Source: Octopus sinensis (Eukaryota). Taken from it: a stretch of DNA of 64,000 bases. Shown one piece after another: positions 36,823-49,098 of this stretch (positions are counted from its first letter, which is position 1; each line of letters opens with the position of its first letter). The notes below the pieces were generated by a model that was not told the DNA's origin, did not search any database, and saw nothing but the letters and a program-made list of their open reading frames with translations. The stretch covers positions 53,382,001 through 53,446,000 of the forward strand of contig NC_043006.1 of the NCBI RefSeq assembly GCF_006345805.1. The letters run 5' to 3'. A program made the translations under genes and the position numbers.

Positions 36823-37232
36823 TATACATAGAAGTAAATATATGGTACAACGAAGTACCGATATTTACTGGAAACTTCTTCACTGTTCTCGTTCTGTCAG
36901 CGTTTTGGCGTTTCAGTCGAGTATATTGGCATTGATACGGCAACATTTGAAATGTTGTCGAGGTATATGTTGGCTAATGAAGATAAATCAAGTATATGTG
37001 TGCAGACATATCTTGAAAAATCTGAAACCGGTACCACATTATCCCTTTCTAGGTATTTCATCTTTCAGATGTTCTCCCTGGAGGTAAGACAATTTTTTTC
37101 AAGTTTGTTGCACACACGCATTTTTGCTAGTACATACGCGGTGAAGCTATACATTAGCGTCGTATTTATTACGTTCGCTATTTTCCAGTAAATATCGGTG
37201 CTTCGTTGTACCATATATTTACTTCTATGTAT
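36823..37232 (+). mobile_element. Inverted-repeat-bounded element with a central hammerhead motif
   Basis: ~56-bp terminal IR ATACATAGAAGTAAATATATGGTACAACGAAG(T/C)ACCGATATTTACTGGAAA with one mismatch. Confidence 0.85.
36968..37038 (+). ncRNA. Type I hammerhead motif (G5-to-A, probably inactive), extended stem II
   Basis: TGTTGG-CTAATGA-AGAT..TCAAG..ATATGT/ACATAT..CTTGA..ATCT-GAAA-CCGG-TA-CCACA. Confidence 0.65.
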
Positions 37233-37299
37233 AATTTTCCCTCACGGGCTATTATTTACTGGAAAGCAATACTCTCGTATTGCATGTGATCTCTTGAGC

Positions 37300-37492
37300 A
37301 CCACCAGCTAAAATATTTTTTCCTCTGTCTTCCCTTCTTGGGATTTTTCCTTCTCCTTGTTTCCGACGAAGAGCTCCGCTCGAAACGTTAAACCCTCCTT
37401 CCCTTCTTTCCTGAGCGTCAATACTTTATTGTTCCACGTCCCTCGCGTTGGTGTGCTTTTTTTTCTTTTTTTCTGTGTTTTCTTGTTTGGAT

Positions 37493-37498
<6 letters not shown>
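37300..37498 (+). mobile_element. Short hammerhead-bearing element, family H2 (sister of H1)
   Basis: Same layout as H1: pyrimidine-rich leader, ribozyme, CTGAGCG..ATACT block, (TA)n tail. Confidence 0.6.
37359..37393 (+). ncRNA. Minimal type I hammerhead motif, variant core CCGACGA
   Basis: GTTT-CCGACGA-A-GAGC/tcc/GCTC-GAAAC-GT-T-AAAC. Confidence 0.7.
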
Positions 37499-37544
<46 letters not shown>

Positions 37545-37560
37545 TACATACATACATACA

Positions 37561-37596
<36 letters not shown>

Positions 37597-37789
37597 TTCA
37601 TATACACATACGCACATATTTACAAACACGCACAGACACACATGCACAGACATATTTTTAAATGTCAATAATGATAGTACTTCTTTATTTAGCTACAAGA
37701 AGACGAGGATGAAGGGTGGCGTATATTGATGGCATTTGGTTTATCAGCACAAGAAGAACAAGACTGAAGCACCACGATCACCACGACCA

Positions 37790-38015
37790 GAAGAAATACC
37801 AACAATAATCACTACTTCCACTACCATCACTAACAACAACCACGAGGATGATGATGAAGATGACGACGACGACATCTACCACCACCACCACCACCACCAC
37901 CATCACCATCACCACCATCACCATCACCATCACCATCACCATCACCACCACCACTACTACTACTGATAATAACGAGAGCAAAAACAACAAAATGACGACT
38001 ACAATAACAACAGCT

Positions 38016-38046
<31 letters not shown>

Positions 38047-38197
38047 CAACAACAACAACAACAACAATAACAATAATAATAACAACGACAACAATAACAA
38101 TAATAATAACAACAATAACAATAACAATAATAATAAAAACAATAATAATAATAATAATAACAACAACAATAATAGTAATAATGATGATGATGATAAA

Positions 38198-38236
<39 letters not shown>

Positions 38237-38342
38237 GTGATGGTGATGGTGATGGTGATTGTGATGATGATGATGATGATGATGATGGTGGTGGTGATTG
38301 TGATGATGATAATGATGATGATGATGATGATGATGATATAAT
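37790..38342 (+). repeat. Compound trinucleotide microsatellite (CAC/CAT/AAC/AAT/GAT)
   Basis: Direct reading; source of the poly-H/T/I/M ORFs. Confidence 0.9.
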
Positions 38343-38455
38343 AATATTCAGAAAAGTATTTCATAGCTGAAAGGACGAATAGTATAGTACCGTAGTTTGT
38401 AGGTAGTAAGCCTGCTACGCATTCACGACTCCAGGAGCTCCAACAAAACCTGTGA
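38343..38455 (+). mobile_element. Extreme 3' end of the Dong-like family of 31259-32066
   Basis: CAGAAAAGTATT..GTACCGTAG..GCTACGCAT..GACTCCAGGAG.TCCAACAAAACCTG shared with 31960-32065. Confidence 0.75.
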
Positions 38456-38776
38456 TAAAGAGAAAACAATAAAAATAATAATGGCTTTTAAATCCGACAT
38501 TTTACATTTTCCCTGTGTGCGTAATAAATAAAGTCAATGAATTCACCTTTTTCATTTCCTTCTAAATATTTTCAAAGTAAAATGATGTTAAACATTGGAC
38601 TTGTTGCTGTATTTTCATGGAGACGGGTGCTTATGTGTATGTCGTTGCCTCTGCCATTTCAGACACACACAGGGTTGTCACTGTGAATTTAATAGACATT
38701 ACTGTTAAAGACCACCAGGGAAAGAAGGGTATCTTAATCGAAGTGTCAGATTCAACATATGATGTTATATATACAT

Positions 38777-38864
<88 letters not shown>

Positions 38865-38939
38865 ATTTAGGGATAAATCCAATTTACAGGGAAAAAAAAA
38901 ACATTTAGGATAAATCCAATTTTATAGTAAAATATTATA

Positions 38940-39093
38940 TATTAATTAGAGACAAAACCACTATTTTGCAAAACAAACAAGGAAAGACTTAATCAATACA
39001 TAAAATTTTAATAAAATTTTATTAAAATTTTATGTATTGATTAAGTCTTTCCTTGTTTGTTTTGCAAAATAGTGGTTTGTCTCTAATTAATAT
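38940..39093. repeat. Spacer-less palindrome, ~77-bp arms
   Basis: Symmetry axis between 39016 and 39017 (..TAATAAAA|TTTTATTA..); one 1-nt indel (CAAAACC vs GGTTTG). Confidence 0.92.
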
Positions 39094-39131
<38 letters not shown>

Positions 39132-39689
39132 TATATAATATATATATCATACAAAAATTCTATTCTTTTTGTTTTGTTTTGTTTTGTTTTGATTTGCTTT
39201 TGTTCAGTAAGTGTTATTTCCTATTTGATTCTGTCAAGAAACCAAAGGAAATTACTACTATTCCCTTCAAACTTTGTTTTTGCAACGTGGACTCAATGTT
39301 TTGAAACTAACCTATTTTCTATTACATTCCAGACAAATTCATCGCTAAGTTGCTGAAGCAGAAATGTCGTTATAGAAAACATCCACATATTTACTTGTCA
39401 GTTACGTGATCTTAGCCACTTGGTTATGTCAATATGCGCATCTCTGATCATGAGCAGGAGTAATGGAGGAGCATCATAGCTATGTGTTGAGAAGGATTCT
39501 TTGGGGTTTAGGTAAATCTAACAAAAGCAAAGTTTGAATGAAATATTAGCCACTTTCCATACTTTCTAGGGGTAAGCAAATAGGAAATTACAGTTGCTAC
39601 CCAAAGACAAAAATCGCGTTACGCAGTATAATAACTGTTATGCTATAGGAGAACAACTCCTTTAAGACGAATGTGTGCTCATAACACAC

Positions 39690-40200
39690 TCAATTAATTA
39701 ACGTAAGAGGACTCTGTGACACCCGGTGTTTCGATATCGTAGTGTTTTATCAGTCATAGGAATGTCGGACTAATGGATCCAACAAGAGTCAACCTTGGCT
39801 CTCAACCTACTAATACGGTACAACGACGGTGACGAAAAATCAAAATCCAATGTCCGAATCAATGTCCACAGCTGTGATCTCTGTGCTCTACCATCTCACA
39901 TATAGGTGGTACGACCATGTGAGCATACCGCCTCGACCTTTCGTCTTCACACCTCCATATTCCTCCATTCCGGTCGATGAAAATGACATCTCTTTAGATA
40001 GTGGCCACTGCTTCTTTTAACTGTTCTTTTTGTGGGCATATGGAAACTTCCTCTGTTGTACACAGGACAGGTGTGTTACTATACACAGGACAGGTGTGTT
40101 ACTCTCTTCTATGCGAACTTCTCGATATTTCCCGACGTAAAGGAAGCATTGTCCATTGTAATATACTTCTCCCAAATGCTTTGCTTTTCCGGGATTCAAC
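39690..40200 (-). pseudogene. Possible Penelope-like 3' relic (GIY-YIG-like remnant followed by a hammerhead remnant)
   Basis: EVYY..QCFLYVGKYREVRIEE resembles a VY..YVG endonuclease motif; degenerate hammerhead at 39712-39759 on the same strand (CTGATAA..GAAA-CAC/cgg/GTG-TC). Confidence 0.4.
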
Positions 40201-40474
40201 TTAAATGAATCAGTTACTTTTGAATAGCGATCGAAGCAAAACTGACACTCTTTCTATTACCGTTTAAATACAGTTTACGTTTGAATTATTTTGAACTTTG
40301 CGTGTATTAATGTTCTTCTTTGTGTTGTGTTCTGTTTTATAAGTATCTGAATTTTGCGTATTTAAATGCTTTTACTAAGGCAGAAGCCATCTAGTGAAAA
40401 TCTCATGAGGTCTAAAGAAAACCTTATTTTGTTTGGAAGAAGCTAAAACATACAACAGGTAAACTTATTCCAAA

Positions 40475-40520
<46 letters not shown>

Positions 40521-40527
40521 TTGTATA

Positions 40528-40576
<49 letters not shown>

Positions 40577-40577
40577 A

Positions 40578-40668
<91 letters not shown>

Positions 40669-41203
40669 TACTGTTAACACAGAATTCCGAAAAGAATATA
40701 TTTATAGCTATTTATGTTTTATAAGATAGCATCTTACTGTTATGTGAAGGAAGTAACTGGAATTTGACTTTGAAGTAAAATATAGATGATATTTGGCAAC
40801 CAACGTAAAAAAATGTATGACGTAATATATGATAATGACGTCATGGTATGTGTGATGTAATAGAAAAAGTAAGACTTTATAGTCAATTTGTTATGATTAT
40901 GGCAATGATTATGATGATGATATTGTTGTATAGATTCAATTCAGGTATGACCATGTTGATCAATGTCTGAAAGATTTTCCAGCCGCGGCTGCAATGTCCA
41001 GTGTATCCTTCTTTATCTAAGACCATAATGTGTGGTTTGAGATAAATATAGCTACGGTTTCTAGCAGGTGGAGCGACTACGTAGACGTCTCCTCACACAT
41101 CTTGGTTAATTCAGTATGAACACATATTCAAATGCAGACATGTGCACATACACAAACACACATATACACACACTCACATTCACACTCACACGTACACGCA
41201 CAC

Positions 41204-41253
<50 letters not shown>

Positions 41254-41701
41254 CAGAAATACTAAATTTCTAAATCTCTCGTAGAGACATGTACGGTGGT
41301 GGGGCAATAGAATGGTTGTATACTGTCAATCTAACGCGAACGTGACAGTAGGGGGTACACCTTCGCTGTTTAGCCCTAGGAAGCATCGACGCCTCCCGAT
41401 GGCTTTGACACATTTTTCCTGTGTCCTTATATACATTTACGAAGGGGAGACAAACACCCCCAGCCGCCCGGGGCTGCATCTAGGGACACGTGTTTCAGGA
41501 TGATTGTCCTTCGTCGGCCTAGAGTAGCATACACCGGTCAGCTGATGATATTTGTCTCGACTCGCAATGTATATATCTAAATTTCAGGGAAGTCTATTCA
41601 CTGATTATCAAAATCAGAAATACTAAATTTCTAAATCTCTGATAGAGACATGTACGGTGGTGGGGCAATAGAATGGTTGTATACTGTCAATCTAACACGA
41701 A
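41254..41701 (-). mobile_element. Pseudo-LTR/retrozyme-like unit: 87-bp direct repeats around a hammerhead
   Basis: 41254-41340 and 41615-41701 match at 84 of 87 positions (361-bp period); abuts (TA)n. Confidence 0.8.
41480..41522 (-). ncRNA. Minimal type I hammerhead ribozyme motif, core CCGACGA, GUC site
   Basis: Minus strand CTAGG-CCGACGA-AGGA/caatca/TCCT-GAAA-CACGTG-TC-CCTAG; all three stems are perfectly paired and stem-loop III is palindromic. Confidence 0.85.
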
Positions 41702-42059
41702 TCATCTTCGATCAACTTCATGTTCCCAAGGAGCCAGCTTAACCGACGAAATATGTGCTTTCGAAATATTGATTGCATACGAGTTGATATTCAAAGTCTT
41801 TGTGAAATACGATAGAATATCAACACGCAGAAGCTCGTGAGTTCGAAACTCTCAGGAACCTACAGACTAGAATATCGCTTTCCCAGTTGTTCATCAACCA
41901 ATCACAAATGACATTTTACTCTATATTGTAACGCCATAATGAGCTTGAGAATTATTGCAGACAGAGAATATGTGTTCCAAACTACAATTTAAGTGAGCCG
42001 CAGAGATTAGTTGATCGGCTTAGGACGCATTATATCTTACATGTCTGAGACTTTATGGC

Positions 42060-42910
42060 AGTTCGAAAGGTACCAGATTCTCTGGCAATTTTACTTATGA
42101 TTTACCAACATTCTACATATGTTTTGTTTGACCACGCCACAATACGCCTTCCAAAAACGCCCCTGGTTATCGAAGTAAAAGCCTTTATTTATTGTCCGAT
42201 CACGTGGAACAAACTCATGATGAACAACGCCCTTCTAGTTCAGAAAGACGATCAATATTCCCTTCACATTGCGCGACTCTACCACACCAGTTCTGGAAAA
42301 GGGGAATGCGCTTATCTAACCTACAGTGATGTCTGCCTCTTTGTTTCAACATCAGGGCCATACACACATATCCTACCACTTTTCAAAACATTTTCATCAG
42401 TATTCAAATGAACAGATGGCCCTTGTCTGACAAGTGACCCGGTTCTCTTTTTATTCATCTTTTTGTTCAGCGACCGAAATTTTGCAGCAACATAATGCAT
42501 CTTCATTTTCCTTTAAAATTATGTGATATAATTTTTTGAAGAAGCTTACTTCTTCGGAATCTTCCTGGCAATGACTTTCAAGCAACGACTTTCACGGATC
42601 CCAATCACGGATCACAGTGCACATTTTCCTAATGGGATCATCCTCTGCTGTCGTCGAAGATAGTTCAGATTTGAAATCGCCTTTCGTGGGTATTCTTCCA
42701 GATGTGAATCGTTGTGACATTATTTGTGACATTGCATACAGAACAAACAATATTTCTAACACGCTTATTGCAACATTATAAAAAATCTCTACTAAATCAT
42801 TTTCGCAATTTGGAACAAAATTTCACACATACATGTTGCCTTCCTAAAGCCATCACAGTTGAACTTGCAACAATTTGACAAATACACAACGTTCAACCAA
42901 GCATGACCGG
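42060..42910 (-). pseudogene. Old mariner transposase relic
   Basis: VERCVFVKL, HYVAAKF, DENVLK, CVYGPDVETKRQ (WVYxYDxETKxQ-like), SRAM/NVKGILIVF..GVVHHEFVP..TINK.FY; heavily mutated, no TIR seen. Confidence 0.7.
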
Positions 42911-43108
42911 CTGATATAGCGGGATGCAGTAATTATTAGACAGAATATCAGCACCAGCCTACACAGCACTGCATTCATGTTTATGCTGCGCCAGTTTGTT
43001 AGTGCACTGGTTTTAAAATCTCGGTTTCTTTTGGACATATGCCTGTGCAAAGTATGTTGTGTGTGTTTGTCAGCAAGGGTCTATATGTAAAACTGTATGT
43101 GTTTGGTT

Positions 43109-43175
<67 letters not shown>

Positions 43176-43544
43176 AGTCTATGTATGTGTGTATGCAAGC
43201 ATGTTTTACGTAATCAGAATCAGATCTCATTTGACAAGAACCATAAACATTGAAATGTCAACATCATTCTAAAGTTCACATCCCGCTCAACTCACCAACT
43301 TCTGAGTAATATTTCAATATTATATGTATGCAGTATGGCCACATACACACATACACACACACACACACATAGATATATATATACATGTGCACAAACACAC
43401 ACACACACATATATATCATGTATCCACACACGCATAGCTATATATTTATGTATTATGTATAATATATATATATGTGTGTGTGTATATGTATGTATGTACG
43501 TACGTATGTATTTGTACATATACGAAATTATATCTGTATATATA

Positions 43545-43684
<140 letters not shown>

Positions 43685-44630
43685 GTACATATATGTATAC
43701 ACTCATACACACACACACAAATACACACATCTACATACATTCATGCATATATTTACAAAAACGTGTTACGTGTGTGTGCGTGTGTGTGAGAAAGAGAGTG
43801 TGTGTGTGTATTTCTATGTGTGTGTATAAAACCTAATTCTTTTCGGATCTTCCATATCTGATAACAGTTGTCCGACTTAAATTTTTCTCTGAGAATATAT
43901 TAAGCAAGAGGTGATTTATCAATTTTCTTTGACTGTTAAAATATTTATAAATAAATACATCTACATCTAGACACAAGCATACATACATATATATTCGTTA
44001 ATGTGTGTGTGTGTGTTGTGCGTGTATATGTGCATGCGCGCGCTCGTGTGTATGTATGTTTGTATGTATGTATATATATGTATGTATGTACAGCTTATCA
44101 TGTAACAGGGCTATTTCAGCGTATGTATCACTGATATTTTCTGACATATTAAAGTAATTTAAATTATTCTCGTGCAGAAATGAATGTAACCATATGCTCG
44201 CAAATCTATCTACGTATAAATCTCAAACTTCTTTATTGGGTTTCGTTTTTGGATTTGGTTTGCAATATTCTTTATATGAGTTCGTGTGTTGAAGCATATT
44301 CTTTATTGGAATTTAGATAATAACGTCCGTAAAAATTATTCGATGAATCTTTAAAAAAACTTTGCCAGTTTACATTGTTTCTTTCTTGTATATCTTTGTC
44401 CGCAAACCGAACTGCAGTTTTTTCCAAACTTCTATTTCAGCACTAAATAACTAAGAGTAACTTTGCTATCTTCGTAAAGCTGTAGACTTTAATCAGACTG
44501 AATGAAACAAACGCCTATGCCTGTTTTGGACAGGCATAGGTTTAAAAGTTATTTTTGTCGCTGGATTTTAATTAAGATATTCACATCCGTGGGCCGGCTG
44601 GTCTCCACAACAATAAATTTTTTTTTCATA

Positions 44631-44995
44631 TATAGGCGCAGCGTGGCTGTGTAGTAAGAAGCTTGCTTCCCAATCACATGGTCCCAGGTTCAGTCCCACT
44701 ACGTGGTAAGTATATTTTACTATAGCCTCAGGTCGACCAAAGCCTTGAGTGGATTTGGTAGTCGGAAACTGAAAGAAGCCCGTCATTATATACATGTGTG
44801 TGTGTGTCTGTGTCTGTGTTTGTCTCCTCACCATCTCTTGACAACCGATGTTGATGTGTTTACGTCCCGGTAACGTAGCGGTTCAGCAAAAGAGACCGTT
44901 AGAATAAGTACTACTAGGCTTATAAAGAATAAGTCCTGGAGTCGAGTTGTTCGACAAAAGGCGGTGCTCCAGTATGGCCGCATTCAAATGACAAA
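44631..44995 (+). mobile_element. SINE family A, full length
   Basis: ATAGGCGCAGCGTGGCTGTG head through AAATGAC..AAACAAATAAA tail. Confidence 0.88.
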
Positions 44996-45401
44996 CAAAT
45001 AAATGAATAAATAAATATAACATATAAACATGTACATTCTTTAGAAAATTATCATTTTATAAGATTTTGCGGACAAAATTTTAAATTAACATAAACATTT
45101 ATTTATATGAAACAAAATAACTCCAAAAGCATTCATCTAATTCTTCCAAATGTTTCTGTTAAAACTGTATTGAAACCATTTGTGGGGATTTTTTTTTCTT
45201 ACCACAGCAACTGGTCGCACACCTCAAGGTTTAACTGAACATACTGAAGCAAGCCAGCATGCTCACAATAATCAGTTATGCTTTCTATCTCAAAATGATC
45301 CTTCGGACTTGCTATGCTTACGTTCAACATATATTTTGGATTAGTATTTTTCCACCAATACTTTTTGTGTTGGAACACATCGTCAGAAAGATATATATGC
45401 T

Positions 45402-45700
45402 GAGACCCCCTTCGGTCATGACTGACAATGGGAATGCACCTAGGAAGTTAGCCTCCCAGGCATAAGTCCGGGCAAGGTTATTTATAGAAGACCAGCAGTC
45501 GCCCATGCAAACCAGCCTCCCCTCTCCACGCCACCAGTGTTATCCTATGGAAATGCAAAGGCCGATACAGCTTGGCACCTGTGACGTCGCAACTCATTTC
45601 TACAGCTGAGTGAACTGGAGCAACGTGAAATAAAGAGTCTTGCTCAAGAATACAACACGCAACTCGGTCCGGTATTCGAACTCACAACCCCGCGATCGTA
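45402..45700 (-). mobile_element. SINE family B, 5' end lost in (TA)n
   Basis: Colinear with 24153-24484 from the anticodon region onward. Confidence 0.85.
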
Positions 45701-45716
45701 TAATATATATATATAT

Positions 45717-45798
<82 letters not shown>

Positions 45799-45974
45799 TA
45801 TATATATATGTATGTATGTAGTATGTATGTATGTATGTATGTATATATATATAGCAATAATGAATCTCTGAGCGAGGTATAAACGGTAACTACACGACAT
45901 CGTGAAGTATATTCGTCACTTAAATGTGGCTAACGCATCCATTACCTCGTACATCTTTTATTTTTATTATTTTT

Positions 45975-46270
45975 CCCTTCTTTTAGTCATTTAACTGCGG
46001 TCACGCTGGTACCTGAAAGCGTTTTTGTTGAACAAATCGACACCAGGATTTTTTTTTAAGCCTAGTACTTATTCTATCGGATCTCTTTTGCCGGACGCTA
46101 AGTTACAGGGACATAAACACACCAACAACGGTTGCCAAGCGATGGTGGGGGACAAACACACACATACACACAAGGCTTCAAAACTTGACTGGTACTTTAT
46201 ATTATCGACCACGGAGGGATTAAAGATAAAGTTAATCTCGACAGGATTTGAACTCAGATCATAAAGAATT
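45975..46270 (-). mobile_element. SINE family A 3' half adjacent to a family D fragment
   Basis: Family A tail at 45975-46170; GGTACTTTAT.TTATCGACC..GGATTTGAACTCAGA at 46185-46262. Confidence 0.7.
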
Positions 46271-47057
46271 TGAACAAAGTCAGTTTCACCCGGATTTGTG
46301 TCCATTTAATCCTACTTTCTTCACCATTAGTTTAAAGTGTTTAAAACTGTCTTAGTTTTGAAAACACATGGCGATTTGTCAACCCCTTTTTAAAAATATT
46401 TTTGTCCCCTGCAAGAAACTGAATCATATTACCAAATGTAGGGTGACTCCCACAAACAATCGATTTAAATACTAAACCGGGGAGCGAAGAGTAAAAGTTG
46501 GAAAAAAAAAGCAATCGATAAAATTGTTCTTTATTAATTATTTATTTATTCATTTAATTAACTGGTTAATTAATTGTCCTGAAATGACTCGAAAATAGGT
46601 CAAATTCTTGAATCATTTGTAATTTCAAGACTGGTTTACATGAACTTTCATCTATGGAATTTTTTTGTGGTCATTCAACTTGTTAGGAACAGCAGTCAAC
46701 TCTCTCTCTCTCTCTTTCTTTCTCTCTCTCTCTCTCCTCTCTCTCTCTCCTTTTTCTCCCTCTCTTTCTCTCTTTCTCAAATTACATGCAACTGGTTTCA
46801 AAAGGATGAGACACACTGGATAATGTTGTCCTAGGTGCACAATGGATGATAGGCGGACGAGGTGGTTATGGTTGGATTGTCTGCAATCATAACTCTGCTT
46901 AGTCCTTGAATTACTTGGGGACAAACAGCAGGAACAACTTGCTTGAGTTACGAAACAAGCACACGAGGTTTCAGTAAGGAATTCATCTCAACCAGACACC
47001 ATTTACAAAATTAATGGTGTCATTGTTTGCTTTTGTTTGCGGTTGATGTTTGTTGAA

Positions 47058-47058
47058 G

Positions 47059-47089
<31 letters not shown>

Positions 47090-47181
47090 ACTGTTGTTGT
47101 TGTTGTTGTTGTTGTTGCTGTTGTTACTGTTGTTGTTGTTGTTGTTGTTGTTGTTACTGCTGTTGTTGTTGTTGTTACTGC

Positions 47182-47212
<31 letters not shown>

Positions 47213-47213
47213 G
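47058..47213 (+). repeat. (TTG)n microsatellite, tail of an old (AAC)n-tailed repeat family E
   Basis: Followed by CCCCAGGTCAGTCTTGAT, also seen near 57490 and in reverse near 48235; other relics near 6360-6510, 40920-41090 and 62780-62960. Confidence 0.7.
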
Positions 47214-47304
47214 CCCCAGGTCAGTCTTGATTTAACTCGTGGGTAATTACGCTAAACTACGATGCATGTAATTCGGTACAGATTAGTATGGTTTGATACA
47301 GTAT

Positions 47305-47404
47305 NNNNNNNNNNNNNNNNNNNNNNNNNNNNNNNNNNNNNNNNNNNNNNNNNNNNNNNNNNNNNNNNNNNNNNNNNNNNNNNNNNNNNNNNNNNNNNNN
47401 NNNN
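47305..47404. other. Assembly gap, 100 N (probably an unsized scaffold join)
   Basis: Exactly 100 N; adjacency across the gap is not guaranteed. Confidence 0.98.
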
Positions 47405-48268
47405 AGAACAAATGAACACTAAGAAAATAAAAGCTCGTTAAACAGAAGCGTAACATGCATTACACTCAATTCTAATCATAAACTATGAATTAATAATATA
47501 TTTCAAAAGCAACAAAGTAGATGCAGTGCAAACCGCTGGATAAACTTTACATGACTAATGTAATTTGCTCATTCAGATGCAAACGTGAAAGCGGGAAGGT
47601 TTAGAATTCTAATTGTTTCGTTCGACTGGAAAATACCACTAGCTATGATGACTTTACAATAATGCCTCTGCATCGTCATCATACTGCGTAAACAAAAATT
47701 ATTAGGTAGAAATTAGTTGTTTGCCCAGCTCTCGTACATAGAATAATACAAATAAGCAACGGCAAAGAAACGAAAATGCTAGATTAGTCACGGAAGCTGT
47801 ATTAATAACAAACTATAATACAAAGCATGCTTCTCAGCAATAAACCAGCACCAGATCAGCCAATAGCGGAACCTCTAGGTGGTCGATCGGCTTGCTAGAG
47901 ATAGCGGCTAAATCTCATTCACAATAAAACCAACACTCTGAAAAAGAATTAGAAAACATAGAGGGTGGTCATAGATGGAAAGCCTTTTATCAAAGTTCTG
48001 CTCGTTCATGGTTAGGTTGGAGTAAACAAGAACAACAACAAACAAGCGACCAGCACCAGAAGAGTCAATTTGAAATCCTACAAGTAGTTGTTCCAAGAGC
48101 AAGAAATAGCAGTTAAACTCACTTTAATTGCACTTTACTGTCTTTGTTAATATAGTTTTGGATACGCAATGAGAGAAGGAGATACAGTGTGGTCATGGTT
48201 GGAATGTCTTTGATCAAATACCCGTTTAATTAAGACTGAGCTGAGGCTAAACAACAACAACAAGTAGT

Positions 48269-48470
48269 GGAGGCGCAATGGCCCAGTGGTTAGGGCAGCG
48301 GACTCGCGGTCGTAAGAACACGGTTTCGATTCCCAGACCGGGCATTGTGAGTGTTTATTGAGCAAAAACACCTAAGCTCCACGATGCTCCGGCGGGGAGG
48401 AGTGCTGAACCCCGTTGTACTCTTTCACTACAACTTTCTCTCACTCTTTCTTCCTACTTCTGCCACAAAG
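48269..48470 (+). mobile_element. SINE family C (tRNA-Arg-like head)
   Basis: GGAGGCGCAATGGCCCAGTGGTTAGGGCAGCGGACTCGCGGTC..GGTTTCGATTCCCAGACCGGG. Confidence 0.85.
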
Positions 48471-48542
48471 CAGAGGAACCATGGTGTAACCCACTATGGT
48501 GTGGTAAACTTTCAGACGCTAGTCTAGATTGCGAATCCTCTG

Positions 48543-48584
<42 letters not shown>

Positions 48585-48710
48585 GGGAGTATATCCAAAC
48601 TTACAGGGAAAAATTAGATTTAGGATTAAATCAAATTTCACAGTATAAATATAAATTAAATTACAGATAAATTTTGAGTTGCCTAATAGTGATTTTATCT
48701 CTAATTTAAT

Positions 48711-48747
<37 letters not shown>

Positions 48748-49010
48748 TGTATGTATGTATGTATGTATGTATGTGTGTTTTTCAGTGTTTACAAATAACA
48801 CGGAAAAAATGAATAAACAGTTACCAGGATAGCAAAAATTCACACAAGTAACAAGGATGTAACAACTTATTTATAAAGGTAGAAACTCCAGCTTTTGGTG
48901 AAATATCTTGTATGATATAGATAAATGAATAAATAAATGGAGTTAAACACAGATCATACACATTCATCACATTATGTTAAAATGTTTTATTGATGTGTTT
49001 GGTTTCATCC

Positions 49011-49098
49011 CTCCCCTGATGAGAAAATTGCATTGTTTTACACCATCTTATTCCTTCAGGAATAATACCAATGTTGTCTTCGAAACATATGTCGGAAG
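49011..49098 (+). ncRNA. Type I hammerhead motif with canonical core, GUC site
   Basis: CTCCC-CTGATGA-GAA..CATTG/CAATG..TTC-GAAA-CATATG-TC-GGAAG (stem I pairs 4 of 5); bracketed by a 16-bp IR at 48933-48948 and 49123-49138. Confidence 0.72.

Noticed and set aside
44514-44540. 10-bp GC-containing hairpin as a terminator or Helitron end
   Set aside because: Eukaryotic context, and no matching 5' terminus or CTRR end was identified.
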